64,000 nucleotides of DNA, taken from positions 128,001-192,000 of IMG/VR virus record IMGVR_UViG_3300021400_001148; one strand, written 5' to 3'. Within the stretch, counting starts at the first letter, position 1; the number at the start of each line of letters is the position of its first letter. Of the stretch, positions 19,535-28,238 are shown piece by piece. Under the pieces are notes generated by a model. The model had not been told where the DNA came from. It ran no database searches and worked only from the letters and a program-made list of their open reading frames with translations. A program made the position numbers and the translations under genes. Source of the stretch: a virus (Duplodnaviria; Caudoviricetes).

Positions 19535-19927
19535 TTATTCTTCTTCGTGTTCGTGCATACGGACTTCTTCCTTGCCGAAAAAAGCCTGCTCGAAAGTGGT
19601 TTTGAGGTTCCGCCTTTCCCACTTGTCCTTGATGTTGTAGGTGTGGATTACAAGCGGCTCGCCTTTGAGGATACAGACCATAAAGTCAATTCCGAGGGTT
19701 TTTCTACCATATTCAACGGATTCAGCCATACCACAGGGCTTTCCCTGCTCTGCAAGGCACTCCGTAAACCTTTCAAGGAGGTCGGCGCCAGTTTTTCTTA
19801 CAGTGAGGTAGACATTCTCCCCCTTTTCATACTTTTCGTATGCCTTCGGGAAGTCGATGAAGAGGTCGCCACTGCAAGAGTGGATATAATTCGCACAAAT
19901 GTGGAATATGTTGCAGATGTATTTCAT
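19535..19927 (-). CDS. hypothetical protein
   Basis: Start corrected to MKYICN. Confidence 0.75.
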   Translation of the reverse strand: MKYICNIFHICANYIHSCSGDLFIDFPKAYEKYEKGENVYLTVRKTGADLLERFTECLAEQGKPCGMAESVEYGRKTLGIDFMVCILKGEPLVIHTYNIKDKWERRNLKTTFEQAFFGKEEVRMHEHEEE

Positions 19928-20080
19928 ATACCTTTCTTTTACATTACAAATATAAACAAATTTCTTCGTTGTTTGCTGTCTTTGGCGCAGCGTGGGCAGC
20001 CACCATTGCGCCCACAAGTGTTTCCCACCCGCCATCTTCTCTGATTTACCCAATGATAGCAGGTGGGATTTTTTTTTATT

Positions 20081-20476
20081 CTATATCAAATTTTCAAGAT
20101 TTTCAAGATAGTACTTTATCGCTGCTTCGCAGGCTTCTTCATATTCCAAGGATTCACACTGATGGTAATCATCTTCGCAAGGTTTAGATGTCATTGGCTT
20201 AACATATGCATACCATAAGTGCTCCCATTCTGTATCAATGGCAATGTTATGCACTTCCCTCAACCACTTCATTGCCATTTGAAGAGTAGGTGCAGTACAT
20301 TCAAAATAGTTTTTTGTTATATCATTGTAATTAGAATTACGAATACTATCATATCTATTTAACTTACACAAGTCACCATAAGGCATATAAACCATTGATG
20401 TGCTCCAATCAAACCCCTTTTCCTTCAGGAGTTTTGCCGTTTCAAAACTAATATAGTCTTCATTATTAAGCACCAT
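20081..20476 (-). CDS. conserved Bacteroidales-phage hypothetical protein
   Basis: EDYISFETAKLLKEKGF...APTLQMAMKWLRE...YEEA.EAAI motif; lower GC than neighbours. Confidence 0.8.
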   Translation of the reverse strand: MVLNNEDYISFETAKLLKEKGFDWSTSMVYMPYGDLCKLNRYDSIRNSNYNDITKNYFECTAPTLQMAMKWLREVHNIAIDTEWEHLWYAYVKPMTSKPCEDDYHQCESLEYEEACEAAIKYYLENLENLI

Positions 20477-20478
20477 AT

Positions 20479-20916
20479 TTATTCCTCCTTTTTTCTATTA
20501 AAATGAGTTGCTCCCCATTCAGCGAAGTAACGGGCGATATACGCATAGTCTTCGGGCTCTATATTGGTAGTATCAGCCACACTCGCATCGTGATATGTTT
20601 GCTCTATGATTTTCTCCAACTCCGCCCTTGCCGCCTCCGCCTCCAGCTGGCTTCCGTAAAGAAATTCTTGAACAGTAGGCCCTATATTACCCCAAGGCTC
20701 TAATTCTTTCCATTCCTTTTCAAGTTGCTCTTTCGGTGTTGTAGCAAGGTGGTGTTTAAGTTCTGCAACCAAATCCACCTCCGGCTGCTCCTGTTGGAGA
20801 GAGGTAGCAAATAAAAGAAGTTCATTAAGCCTTTTGTTAGCAACTCGGCTCTCTTTTAAGTCGATAAGCCTTTTTATCTCGGCTATCAGTTTTTCCGCGT
20901 CAATGTATTTAATCAT
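20479..20916 (-). CDS. hypothetical protein
   Basis: Start corrected to MIKYIDAEKL. Confidence 0.75.
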   Translation of the reverse strand: MIKYIDAEKLIAEIKRLIDLKESRVANKRLNELLLFATSLQQEQPEVDLVAELKHHLATTPKEQLEKEWKELEPWGNIGPTVQEFLYGSQLEAEAARAELEKIIEQTYHDASVADTTNIEPEDYAYIARYFAEWGATHFNRKKEE

Positions 20917-21079
20917 GACTATAATTTTTAATGTTGCACTACAAATATAAGAAAACAATCTCAAACCCTGTCAGCCAAGGCGCAACCGCGGCAGCCGCTT
21001 TTGCGCCAAAAAGAAAAGGGGGCACCGGTCACACCAACATAGTTGGGTTTACAGCCGAATTTAAGCCCCTTGTTATTTG

Positions 21080-21421
21080 TCAGATTTTACCGAACACCGC
21101 ACCCTTGACGAAGTTATAAACCTCTCTGATGGTTTTCTTGCTGAGGTTTTCCCAAGGCAGGAGCACAATGTTGTCGCTCTCGCCATCGTTGTCATCGATG
21201 ATGATGCCACCAGGGCAGACTTCGGCCATAAACGCACTTCCAATCATAACGGGGTGCGTTTCCATAAAGTCGTAGTCGAGTTTGGGCATATGGAGCATCT
21301 CTACCCTGCGGGCGGCCCTAAGCATAGCCTCAAAGAACCAATCGTTCTGGTCGGTCTTGAACGAATCGTTGTACTTTTCTACTACCGCAGCAATCTTGCG
21401 AATCATTTTCTTTGTTCTCAT
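21080..21421 (-). CDS. hypothetical protein
   Basis: Start corrected to MRTKKMI. Confidence 0.75.
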   Translation of the reverse strand: MRTKKMIRKIAAVVEKYNDSFKTDQNDWFFEAMLRAARRVEMLHMPKLDYDFMETHPVMIGSAFMAEVCPGGIIIDDNDGESDNIVLLPWENLSKKTIREVYNFVKGAVFGKI

Positions 21422-21570
21422 GTCTTGTTCTCGTTTGGTATTACAAAGATAAACAATTTTATTTCCACCCTGCGGGTTTCGGCGCAACGGGGGCAGCCGA
21501 CTTTGCGCCTACAACGAACCCCCGAGGACCGCTCCCCGGGGGACAACAACCAAAACACAAACTATGAGAG

Positions 21571-21948
21571 TTAAACAAACACTACATTCTCGTTTAATAT
21601 TTCCATAAAGTGGTCAAAGTCCGCAGGACCGACACCGACACTATTTCCGCCAAGCGAAAAACTTCCGTTTTCGGGAAAGGCCGACACCTCTTTGAGGGAA
21701 TTTTCAGCGATTTTCACACCATAAGCGAAAGTAAATGCTTTGTTGGACTTCACTTGTTTCCTCCACCCAATCTTCCTTACACGCCTATCGAAAAACTGTA
21801 TACCTTTCTTTTTTGCAAGCTCCTCATCAGCCTTTTCTTCTGCCGATGAAAGGTCCTTTGCGTCAATGTGAAAACACACACTTCCGTATTGTGGCCAGTT
21901 GTTTATTACAAACTTGCTTTGGCAAGTCACACTGAAAATCTTTGTCAT
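21571..21948 (-). CDS. hypothetical protein (first unit of the array in transcription order)
   Basis: Start corrected to MTKIFSV. Confidence 0.75.
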   Translation of the reverse strand: MTKIFSVTCQSKFVINNWPQYGSVCFHIDAKDLSSAEEKADEELAKKKGIQFFDRRVRKIGWRKQVKSNKAFTFAYGVKIAENSLKEVSAFPENGSFSLGGNSVGVGPADFDHFMEILNENVVFV

Positions 21949-22033
21949 ATCCCTTTCGTTTACATTACAAAGATACGAAAACATTTGAAGGGCCTTGCTG
22001 ATTGGGCGCAACCTCGGCAGCCACCTTTGCGCT

Positions 22034-22550
22034 GTACCCCTCCCTACACTACCCCTATGGGAGGACCTCCTACATCTTACCTCTATCTCCCCTCCCTACA
22101 TTTCCCCTTCCTACAAATGGCCGTTTAGGGGCGGACTGTTGGCCGTGAATTTTTTACTAATTAAAAACCCGTTTCACATAGGGGGTAGGGGTCTTTTTCT
22201 GAAAGGCCTTTTTCAAAAAATTTTTTTAAAAAATTCACGGAATTCTCCTAGCAGACCCCCGGGGGGGGTGGGAAAACAGAGGCCCCCGGGCCGGGGGAAA
22301 AGGTGGGGCGGGGGGAGGACGCGGTGAAGCCCCGGGGGCAATTGTGTGTACGGGGAAGCAAATGTACCGGGAACAACCGTTCAAATTTAAAATCTTGCTC
22401 TGAAACGGAAAAAACTTAGGGGTAGGGGGTCTTTTTCCCAAGGTACCATATCCCGAAAAAATTTTTTATATGTAACTTATTGATTTTCAAATATTTGCTA
22501 TTTGCTCACGAAAAGCAAAGCAAAACCCCCGGGGGGTTATCCGAGAGGTA
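22034..22550. other. Non-coding G/C-homopolymer region at the head of the array
   Basis: C-rich 22034-22115, then G-rich 22180-22430; AGGGGGTAGGGG(G)TCTTTTTC twice (22180, ~22417); A/T runs; no credible ORF. Confidence 0.6.
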
Positions 22551-22553
22551 GTG

Positions 22554-22792
22554 TTACTTTTTGATGATGTTCACCGTCACCTCAGCCGGCTCGTCTTCCC
22601 ACTTAAAGTCTTTGAATGCTTCTTTCATCCCCGGGAGATGTGTTATTTCCTCGGGGTCTCTGGTTGCGGCGACTGTATACCAAAACCCCCGTCAAGTTCC
22701 TCCCTTAACGGTTTATGTTCGAAAAAGAGCCAGAGGGAATTGTTTTTCTTGTCTCTGGTGACATATCCATCCACTAATTTCAATATATCCAT
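22554..22792 (-). pseudogene. Frameshifted small gene (...KWEDEP.EV family)
   Basis: MDILKLVDGYVTRDKKNNSLWLFFEHKPLR... continues as WYTV...FKWEDEPAEV only after a -1 shift at GGGGGTTTT (22682-22690). Confidence 0.6.
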
Positions 22793-22899
22793 AATCATTG
22801 CCAAGTGGTATATTTTACTCTTTGCAAATATACAAAAACCTTGGAAATATAACCGCGTAAATAGAGGGGGTTATATATTTATTAGAAAAACAACGGTTT

Positions 22900-24111
22900 A
22901 TGGACAATGTTAAGTATATATGGGTTGACAGCCGCGTTGAGGGCATCGGTTCCTCTTGGTACTACGGGGGACAGGACCAGATGACCCCGGATGAACTGCA
23001 GGCATTTTTAACTAAGTACAATGCTGTCGCCTTCTACAAGGGTAATTTCTATGACAATGTGAAAGACATCCCCCTTGGCTATGAACGCCAAGAATATGAC
23101 ACTTATGGAATGCCATCCGGCCGTTATACAACAGTGACGCCAACGGTAACAGTCGTACCCAAGGGAACTACATTGGACAACAACTTTCACCGCTTCAACT
23201 TTCCGGAGGGCTCGATGAAAAGAAGCGGACAGGTACCGGCCAGAAACTGGAGAAACTCCGTCAACGAAGCCTTGAGGATGAGGAAAAATACCGCAGATTA
23301 TTTTTCAACCGATGACCCCGAATCCATTAAGAAAATAAAGGGCCTCAAACAAAACTATGACCCGTATCTTTTTGGCCCCGACGCTGAACTCGAGCATAAC
23401 AAAAAAGAACTTACTGACTTGATTTCGGACCGTGCTGCTGGTAAGGAACACAACCTGCCGAGGCCTAAATGGAGATGGGGCGGCAACAGAATGGACGGCG
23501 AAACAAAAGAAGATTTTGACAATGCACTCTACCTGAACAAAGCATATTCCGAAAACCCCGAAGGTACTGAAAACCTTTATACTGATGAGCCCGGTTACGA
23601 GGAACCCGAGGAAATAAACGAAACTGTTAAACAGGTTGGCAAAAGAAGCATCACTAAAATCAACGAATCACAGTTAGGACAGATTATTGCTGAAAGTGTG
23701 AAGAATGTATTGAAAGAATATTTCAACGGTGTTAACAGAAATTCTTTCAGCAATGATGGAATAAAAAACTATCAGGGAACTGGCTCCGAGGAAAGTAAAG
23801 AAAGAGTGGAAAAAATAAGAGATAAAAGTTCCAAGTTTAGTTTCCCCGGGCCCGAATTTAAACACCCCGGAACGGGAGAAAATGATTCTAGTTATGATAG
23901 ATTCCGCAAACGCAGTGGTGGTGATTTTGAATATGCTCCTACTAACAATATGATGGCAAATCTGGTCTACCAGTACATTAGAGGCATTGCCGGTGGCGAC
24001 ACATCCCTTTCTTCGTCTTTGAAATATTATTTTGAAAAGCCCGAAAACGCCGCTGAGTTCATAGCGTACCTGCACAAAAATGGATTTAAGACAGAAAGAA
24101 TGTGGAAATGA
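22900..24111 (+). CDS. hypothetical protein, possible virion-internal protein
   Basis: 403 aa; internal INESQLGQIIAESVKNVLKE motif. Confidence 0.8.
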   Translation: MDNVKYIWVDSRVEGIGSSWYYGGQDQMTPDELQAFLTKYNAVAFYKGNFYDNVKDIPLGYERQEYDTYGMPSGRYTTVTPTVTVVPKGTTLDNNFHRFNFPEGSMKRSGQVPARNWRNSVNEALRMRKNTADYFSTDDPESIKKIKGLKQNYDPYLFGPDAELEHNKKELTDLISDRAAGKEHNLPRPKWRWGGNRMDGETKEDFDNALYLNKAYSENPEGTENLYTDEPGYEEPEEINETVKQVGKRSITKINESQLGQIIAESVKNVLKEYFNGVNRNSFSNDGIKNYQGTGSEESKERVEKIRDKSSKFSFPGPEFKHPGTGENDSSYDRFRKRSGGDFEYAPTNNMMANLVYQYIRGIAGGDTSLSSSLKYYFEKPENAAEFIAYLHKNGFKTERMWK

Positions 24112-25034
24112 TTCTTACTGAAAAAGACCTTACATACCTCGTCAAGAAAACAATCCTTGAATACCATAAGGGGCAACAACTGATGTTGCCCTTTGACGGT
24201 AACAGTGAACCGTATAACTATATGCACTTCATGGAATATCTTGAATCGATTGGTAAATATGGGACACTCTCTTCGCAACTGGACCCGAAAGACCCTGAGA
24301 GTTATATCGGAAACAAACTTGAGACATATGTTGAAATAGCAGAGGGAATTTTGGAAGAAATGATTGGCAATGAGCCGGAGGACATCTATTACGAGTTCTT
24401 CCGCCCGTTCGTGAATAAATATGGGCTTGAGTGTATCCGCGGATATATTCGCAAGGAATTTGACGACAACCCGGATAATCTCCTGTGGTGGTGGGGAACA
24501 TTTTGTGATGAGGACTTAAGGTATGCCCTGGACATTGTGAACAAAGTTCTTGACCCGCACTATGTAAACCAGTGGAATGATTTCATGGGTGACTTGGCCC
24601 AAAAAGAAATTCTCAATCTTCTTCAGAGTTTTATAACTAACGAACGAGGGCTTGTATACTGTGAGAGGGAAATAAGTGTACCCAACCTTATGGGGCGGGC
24701 TGATTTTGCAACGCCAACCAACCCTCAAAAAGATGCATACGAATATTTTCGCGAAAACTTTTCCGGCATAGGAGAGTGTTGGTCATATAGTGTTGGTGGT
24801 GGGTGCGCGTATTGTGAAAATACTTACAGGGCAAACGGTGGCGCTACCCACCTGCTTTTAAAAGGCTGGGTGAGACCTGAGGATGTTGATTTGAATACAA
24901 CTATGGTTTTGACGAATTACGACGAGGTTGAACTGCGGCTTAAATTAAATGCTAAAGTCGAAGTTGATGAAATAGTTGTGAGTAAAGTTGGTAAGAGGCT
25001 TCCGCTTAAATCTCCTATAATACTACCAGTGTAA
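24102..25034 (+). CDS. hypothetical protein, possible ADP-ribosyltransferase-like C-terminus
   Basis: N-terminal LTEKDL..LV motif; C-terminal R...WSYS...E.E pattern (weak). Confidence 0.7.
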   Translation: MEMILTEKDLTYLVKKTILEYHKGQQLMLPFDGNSEPYNYMHFMEYLESIGKYGTLSSQLDPKDPESYIGNKLETYVEIAEGILEEMIGNEPEDIYYEFFRPFVNKYGLECIRGYIRKEFDDNPDNLLWWWGTFCDEDLRYALDIVNKVLDPHYVNQWNDFMGDLAQKEILNLLQSFITNERGLVYCEREISVPNLMGRADFATPTNPQKDAYEYFRENFSGIGECWSYSVGGGCAYCENTYRANGGATHLLLKGWVRPEDVDLNTTMVLTNYDEVELRLKLNAKVEVDEIVVSKVGKRLPLKSPIILPV

Positions 25035-25924
25035 TGAATATGTTATTGACCGAAAATGACTTAACTTACCTTGTAGGAAAAACCCTGTCGTTAATAAAGG
25101 AAAATTCAAACGACCGGAAGGCAAACGCGTGGGTGAAACAAAACCTTGGTTTGACCGATTTCAATGAAATCAGGGAGGTTATAATGGGTATATACAAAGT
25201 AATTCCATATTCACGCGTGGAAGGCGGAAAATATCTGCCAGGAGTAATGCGATATGTTTTCATTGACCGCATTCCGAGGGACGAATATCCCCTTCTTAAC
25301 AAATTCCTGTATATTATTAAAACCAATTACCCACTACAGAGACAGTTTGATACGGATTTCAACGGATTATCTTTCAGTGAACTGAAAACACAATTTAAAT
25401 CTAACGGTGAAAAACAAGTTGAACCCGTGAATTATGTTGAAAAACGACGGCGGGCAGCAAATGGCTACACTATTACACAAATAGATAATTTCCGTGAAAT
25501 GGAAATGGCTACCGATGGCGAGTGGTGTATCTCAAACAGCAAAAGTGATTGGGACGACATTGTTGGTTATTCCAATGTTACTGTTTACCTTGTTGAAAAC
25601 GAGAATCTAATTGATGAATATGATGCCTATTACGAAAAACATCGTGAAGAGGCCATTCATAAAAAATGGGATTTGGATAATAAAACTGAAGACGACGAGT
25701 GGGAGATGCCGCAGTATGGCAGTGGTGAAGCACCTTATGATGCCTATGGTTTGAGCCGTTTTGTCGTGATAGTATCCAAAGACGGGCATTTGTCAGAATG
25801 CTATTCAAGGTACAACTTACCCAATCTTGCCGACGGGTATTTTTTGAATGAAAGGCAATTGGAAGAAATGCTCGGTGGAAAGTTCGAGGCGTTGTTTCCA
25901 TATGTCAAACATGGCCTGGATTGA
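25034..25924 (+). CDS. hypothetical protein
   Basis: N-terminus paralogous to the previous gene (LTENDLTYLVGKTL); WCIS motif. Confidence 0.8.
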   Translation: MNMLLTENDLTYLVGKTLSLIKENSNDRKANAWVKQNLGLTDFNEIREVIMGIYKVIPYSRVEGGKYLPGVMRYVFIDRIPRDEYPLLNKFLYIIKTNYPLQRQFDTDFNGLSFSELKTQFKSNGEKQVEPVNYVEKRRRAANGYTITQIDNFREMEMATDGEWCISNSKSDWDDIVGYSNVTVYLVENENLIDEYDAYYEKHREEAIHKKWDLDNKTEDDEWEMPQYGSGEAPYDAYGLSRFVVIVSKDGHLSECYSRYNLPNLADGYFLNERQLEEMLGGKFEALFPYVKHGLD

Positions 25925-25956
25925 TAGAAATCAGTGTTTCAGCGTATTTATATTAT

Positions 25957-27603
25957 ATGGGAAAGATTATTAAATTATCTGAATCACAAATGAGAAAACT
26001 TCTTGGGGACAACTTTGTTTCGTCTGTCCTTAAGGAGGATAACAATAGTTTTGGGAGTGGTTTTGGCGCAGCACAGTCCGCCGGAAAGAGACCATATGAT
26101 ATAAAACCGGGCGAGGGGCGTGCCAAGATGACCAATCTAGGCCATACAGTAATGGGTGGGGAGGTAAAAAATCCTAACACCGAACACCCCGAGAATGAAG
26201 TGGGTCTTCCTGAGACGAAGAACGATTTCATCAATTCTGTAATCAAGTACATTTACAAGGAAAACGGTGGGCCGGTGAACATACTTGACGCCTTGGAAAT
26301 TATTGGCAAACTACAGGGGAAAAACATATCGTCCGAAATCCGTTCAAAGGGTGTTGAAATCGGTGACGATGTCAAGAATTTCCTCGACATGGTGGATATA
26401 TCAACAATTCTTTCCAACTACCTCATTATAGACCAGCCGGACTATGTCTATTACCGCCTGTCAAAACTGTCTCCAGAAGAAATTGCAAGAATCAAGAAAA
26501 CATACAACCGTGATTTCTCCAACTGGGGTAAGAAATGCGATGGTTGTGGCCTTGAGGTATGGAAAACCAATGTCTTCACTAACAGTGGTGATGATGCACA
26601 TATAAACCTGGAATATATGGGGTCCGCCGGTAAATCCTCTGATGGGACCAATCTCGGTGAGATGAAAGCGTACAGGATTCCATTCCAAATTCACCACATG
26701 AATGAAGTTCCGACAGACAATAGTCCGCTCAATCTTTCCTGCCTCTGTCCTAACTGCCACTCGCTCACCGGTTCATATGCAAAGAACCACTCAACAGGAC
26801 TCACAGTGGCGGAATTGGAGAACTTGGTAAAATCCGAGAGGAACAGCGAGGAGGAGAATGACGAGATTGCAAGAAATATTGGGGCTCGCTTGTCACACGG
26901 CAATTTCTTGGATACCTCTTTGTCCGATAAAATGAATTCGGATTTTGCAAGTGCGGAGAATATTAGCACACAAGAAATAGACGAGTGCGTGAATCAAATA
27001 ATTTCACTTGGCAAACAGTGGTTCAGGGATAACATCTCTGGTGAAAACATAGAAACTAAATGGGACGACACTGAGTTTAAGAAAACAAATAGAAGTGAGC
27101 CCCAGTTTGTTTCTGAGGTTGCCGGGCTAAAAGTTTATGCATCCTTCTTGTCTAAATCCAAGAAAACGCTTTTTGTAACTCTGTATACCGACCCCAATGA
27201 CGAGAGGCAAACTTCCAATGCAAGTAATATGCGGAGCAATCCAATTGAGATACCGGTGGTCCTTCCTCAGCAAGGAAACAAATCTCAAGAGATTGCTGAT
27301 AAACAAAAAAACGAATATCTTAGAAAACAGATTTCGCTGTTCATCTTCAGAGCATTGAAGAACAAGGTTTACGGTGGAGCCGAACTCAGTCGTGCTGATT
27401 TCTTGAGTAATTCCGGCGGTGACAAAATCGCCAAGAACAATAAACTTGCAAAGGAACGGGATGTTGACAATTATAACGCCATGGAAAAGAAATCGCCCGT
27501 CAAACTCACGGATAGGAGCCGCAAAGTAGTTGATGATTTATCGTCAATTCCTGACAATGACGTCGCAAAATCATTGGCTAAACTTTATTCAAAAAAAGGT
27601 TAA
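25957..27603 (+). CDS. HNH endonuclease-domain protein
   Basis: CDGCG...IHHMNEVPTDNSPLNLSCLCPNCH; start corrected to MGKIIKLSESQM. Confidence 0.75.
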   Translation: MGKIIKLSESQMRKLLGDNFVSSVLKEDNNSFGSGFGAAQSAGKRPYDIKPGEGRAKMTNLGHTVMGGEVKNPNTEHPENEVGLPETKNDFINSVIKYIYKENGGPVNILDALEIIGKLQGKNISSEIRSKGVEIGDDVKNFLDMVDISTILSNYLIIDQPDYVYYRLSKLSPEEIARIKKTYNRDFSNWGKKCDGCGLEVWKTNVFTNSGDDAHINLEYMGSAGKSSDGTNLGEMKAYRIPFQIHHMNEVPTDNSPLNLSCLCPNCHSLTGSYAKNHSTGLTVAELENLVKSERNSEEENDEIARNIGARLSHGNFLDTSLSDKMNSDFASAENISTQEIDECVNQIISLGKQWFRDNISGENIETKWDDTEFKKTNRSEPQFVSEVAGLKVYASFLSKSKKTLFVTLYTDPNDERQTSNASNMRSNPIEIPVVLPQQGNKSQEIADKQKNEYLRKQISLFIFRALKNKVYGGAELSRADFLSNSGGDKIAKNNKLAKERDVDNYNAMEKKSPVKLTDRSRKVVDDLSSIPDNDVAKSLAKLYSKKG

Positions 27604-27617
27604 AAGAAAATCCGAGT

Positions 27618-28238
27618 CTATTTGACTCGGATTCTTTTTTCTGATTCAGCCCACTCCCCGAAAGTTTCCCCGAAAGTTGGGGCGTTTGCATCCTTTGTTG
27701 AGAATTGATAATATTTACCAGGCTTGATTGTGTCGAGCATATTAATGCACCTCTCAGACTCTTTCACCCACGGGGCATCCACCTTGTACTGTACTACCGA
27801 ATTCTCCAAGGCAAGGAAACCATGGGCATATCCTTTCGGTATTAAAACCCACTTGATTTCATCCGGTCTGTCGCAGAATTTCGTTGAAAGATGAAATTCA
27901 TGTATTTTTCCGAAGTCTTTGGAGTTAGGGTCTATGTTAACTGCATAATCCAGAATGTCTCCTTGAATAAGCCGTACAAGTTTGGTTTGCGCGTATTCAC
28001 CTTTTTGAAAGTGGAGGCCTCTTCCGAAATCGGCTCTTGTGAAAGACATATTGTCTTGGATGAAATGAATGTTCAACCCGGTACTTTCCGAGAATTTTTG
28101 CTCATTGAAAAGTTCAGTGAACCAACCCCGGTTATCGGGTATTAGTTTCTCTGTCACAATACTCGGTTCCAAACGGAGGACATCGGACAGTTTGTTAGCA
28201 CCCCCTAAGATAATTTCTTCGTATATTTTAATCTCCAT
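27618..28238 (-). CDS. rfbC: dTDP-4-dehydrorhamnose 3,5-epimerase
   Basis: DNRGWFTE, QDNMS..RGLHFQ...Q.KLV, IPKGYAHGF.AL, YKVD, STKD motifs. Confidence 0.92.
   Translation of the reverse strand: MEIKIYEEIILGGANKLSDVLRLEPSIVTEKLIPDNRGWFTELFNEQKFSESTGLNIHFIQDNMSFTRADFGRGLHFQKGEYAQTKLVRLIQGDILDYAVNIDPNSKDFGKIHEFHLSTKFCDRPDEIKWVLIPKGYAHGFLALENSVVQYKVDAPWVKESERCINMLDTIKPGKYYQFSTKDANAPTFGETFGEWAESEKRIRVK

Larger units (their letters stand above)
524..21975 (-). promoter_or_regulatory. About 35 Bacteroidota sigmaA-type -7 promoter boxes (TAnnTTTG), one per array unit
   Basis: Plus-strand CAAAnnTA at e.g. 524, 756, 1466, 2314, 3179, 3866, 4485, 4714, 5627, 6450 ... 21968. Usually 20-30 nt upstream of an ATG with an A-rich, SD-less leader. 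TAnnTTTG is the established Bacteroides -7 consensus. Confidence 0.9.
561..22033. repeat. Dispersed 29-bp palindromic repeat GGCGCA-N5-GGCWGCC-N5-TGCGCC, 31 full copies plus half-sites
   Basis: Full copies start at 793, 1503, 2351, 3216, 3903, 4751, 5664, 6487, 7126, 7834, 8679, 9368, 9925, 10616, 11267, 12143, 13000, 13772, 14713, 15181, 15855, 16286, 16746, 17667, 18224, 18742, 19440, 19984, 20979, 21481, 22005. Half-sites (GGCGCA/GGTGCA only) at 561, 4522, 13377, 14166. All intergenic. Confidence 0.97.

Noticed and set aside
573-22011. Long N-terminal extensions in the ORF track (GARLAA..., YLCN... peptides) and plus-strand ORFs in the array
   Set aside because: They are translations of the palindrome/promoter or antisense shadows; real starts lie just downstream of the -7 box.
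793-22033. Palindromic repeats read as a CRISPR array
   Set aside because: Spacing is 430-1000 bp with whole genes between copies, 10 of 29 positions are variable, and there is no cas operon.
793-22033. Classical integron attC sites or REP elements
   Set aside because: No RYYYAAC/GTTRRRY ends, no integrase in the window, and the site is phased to a promoter rather than to gene ends. Recombination at the site is kept only as a hypothesis.
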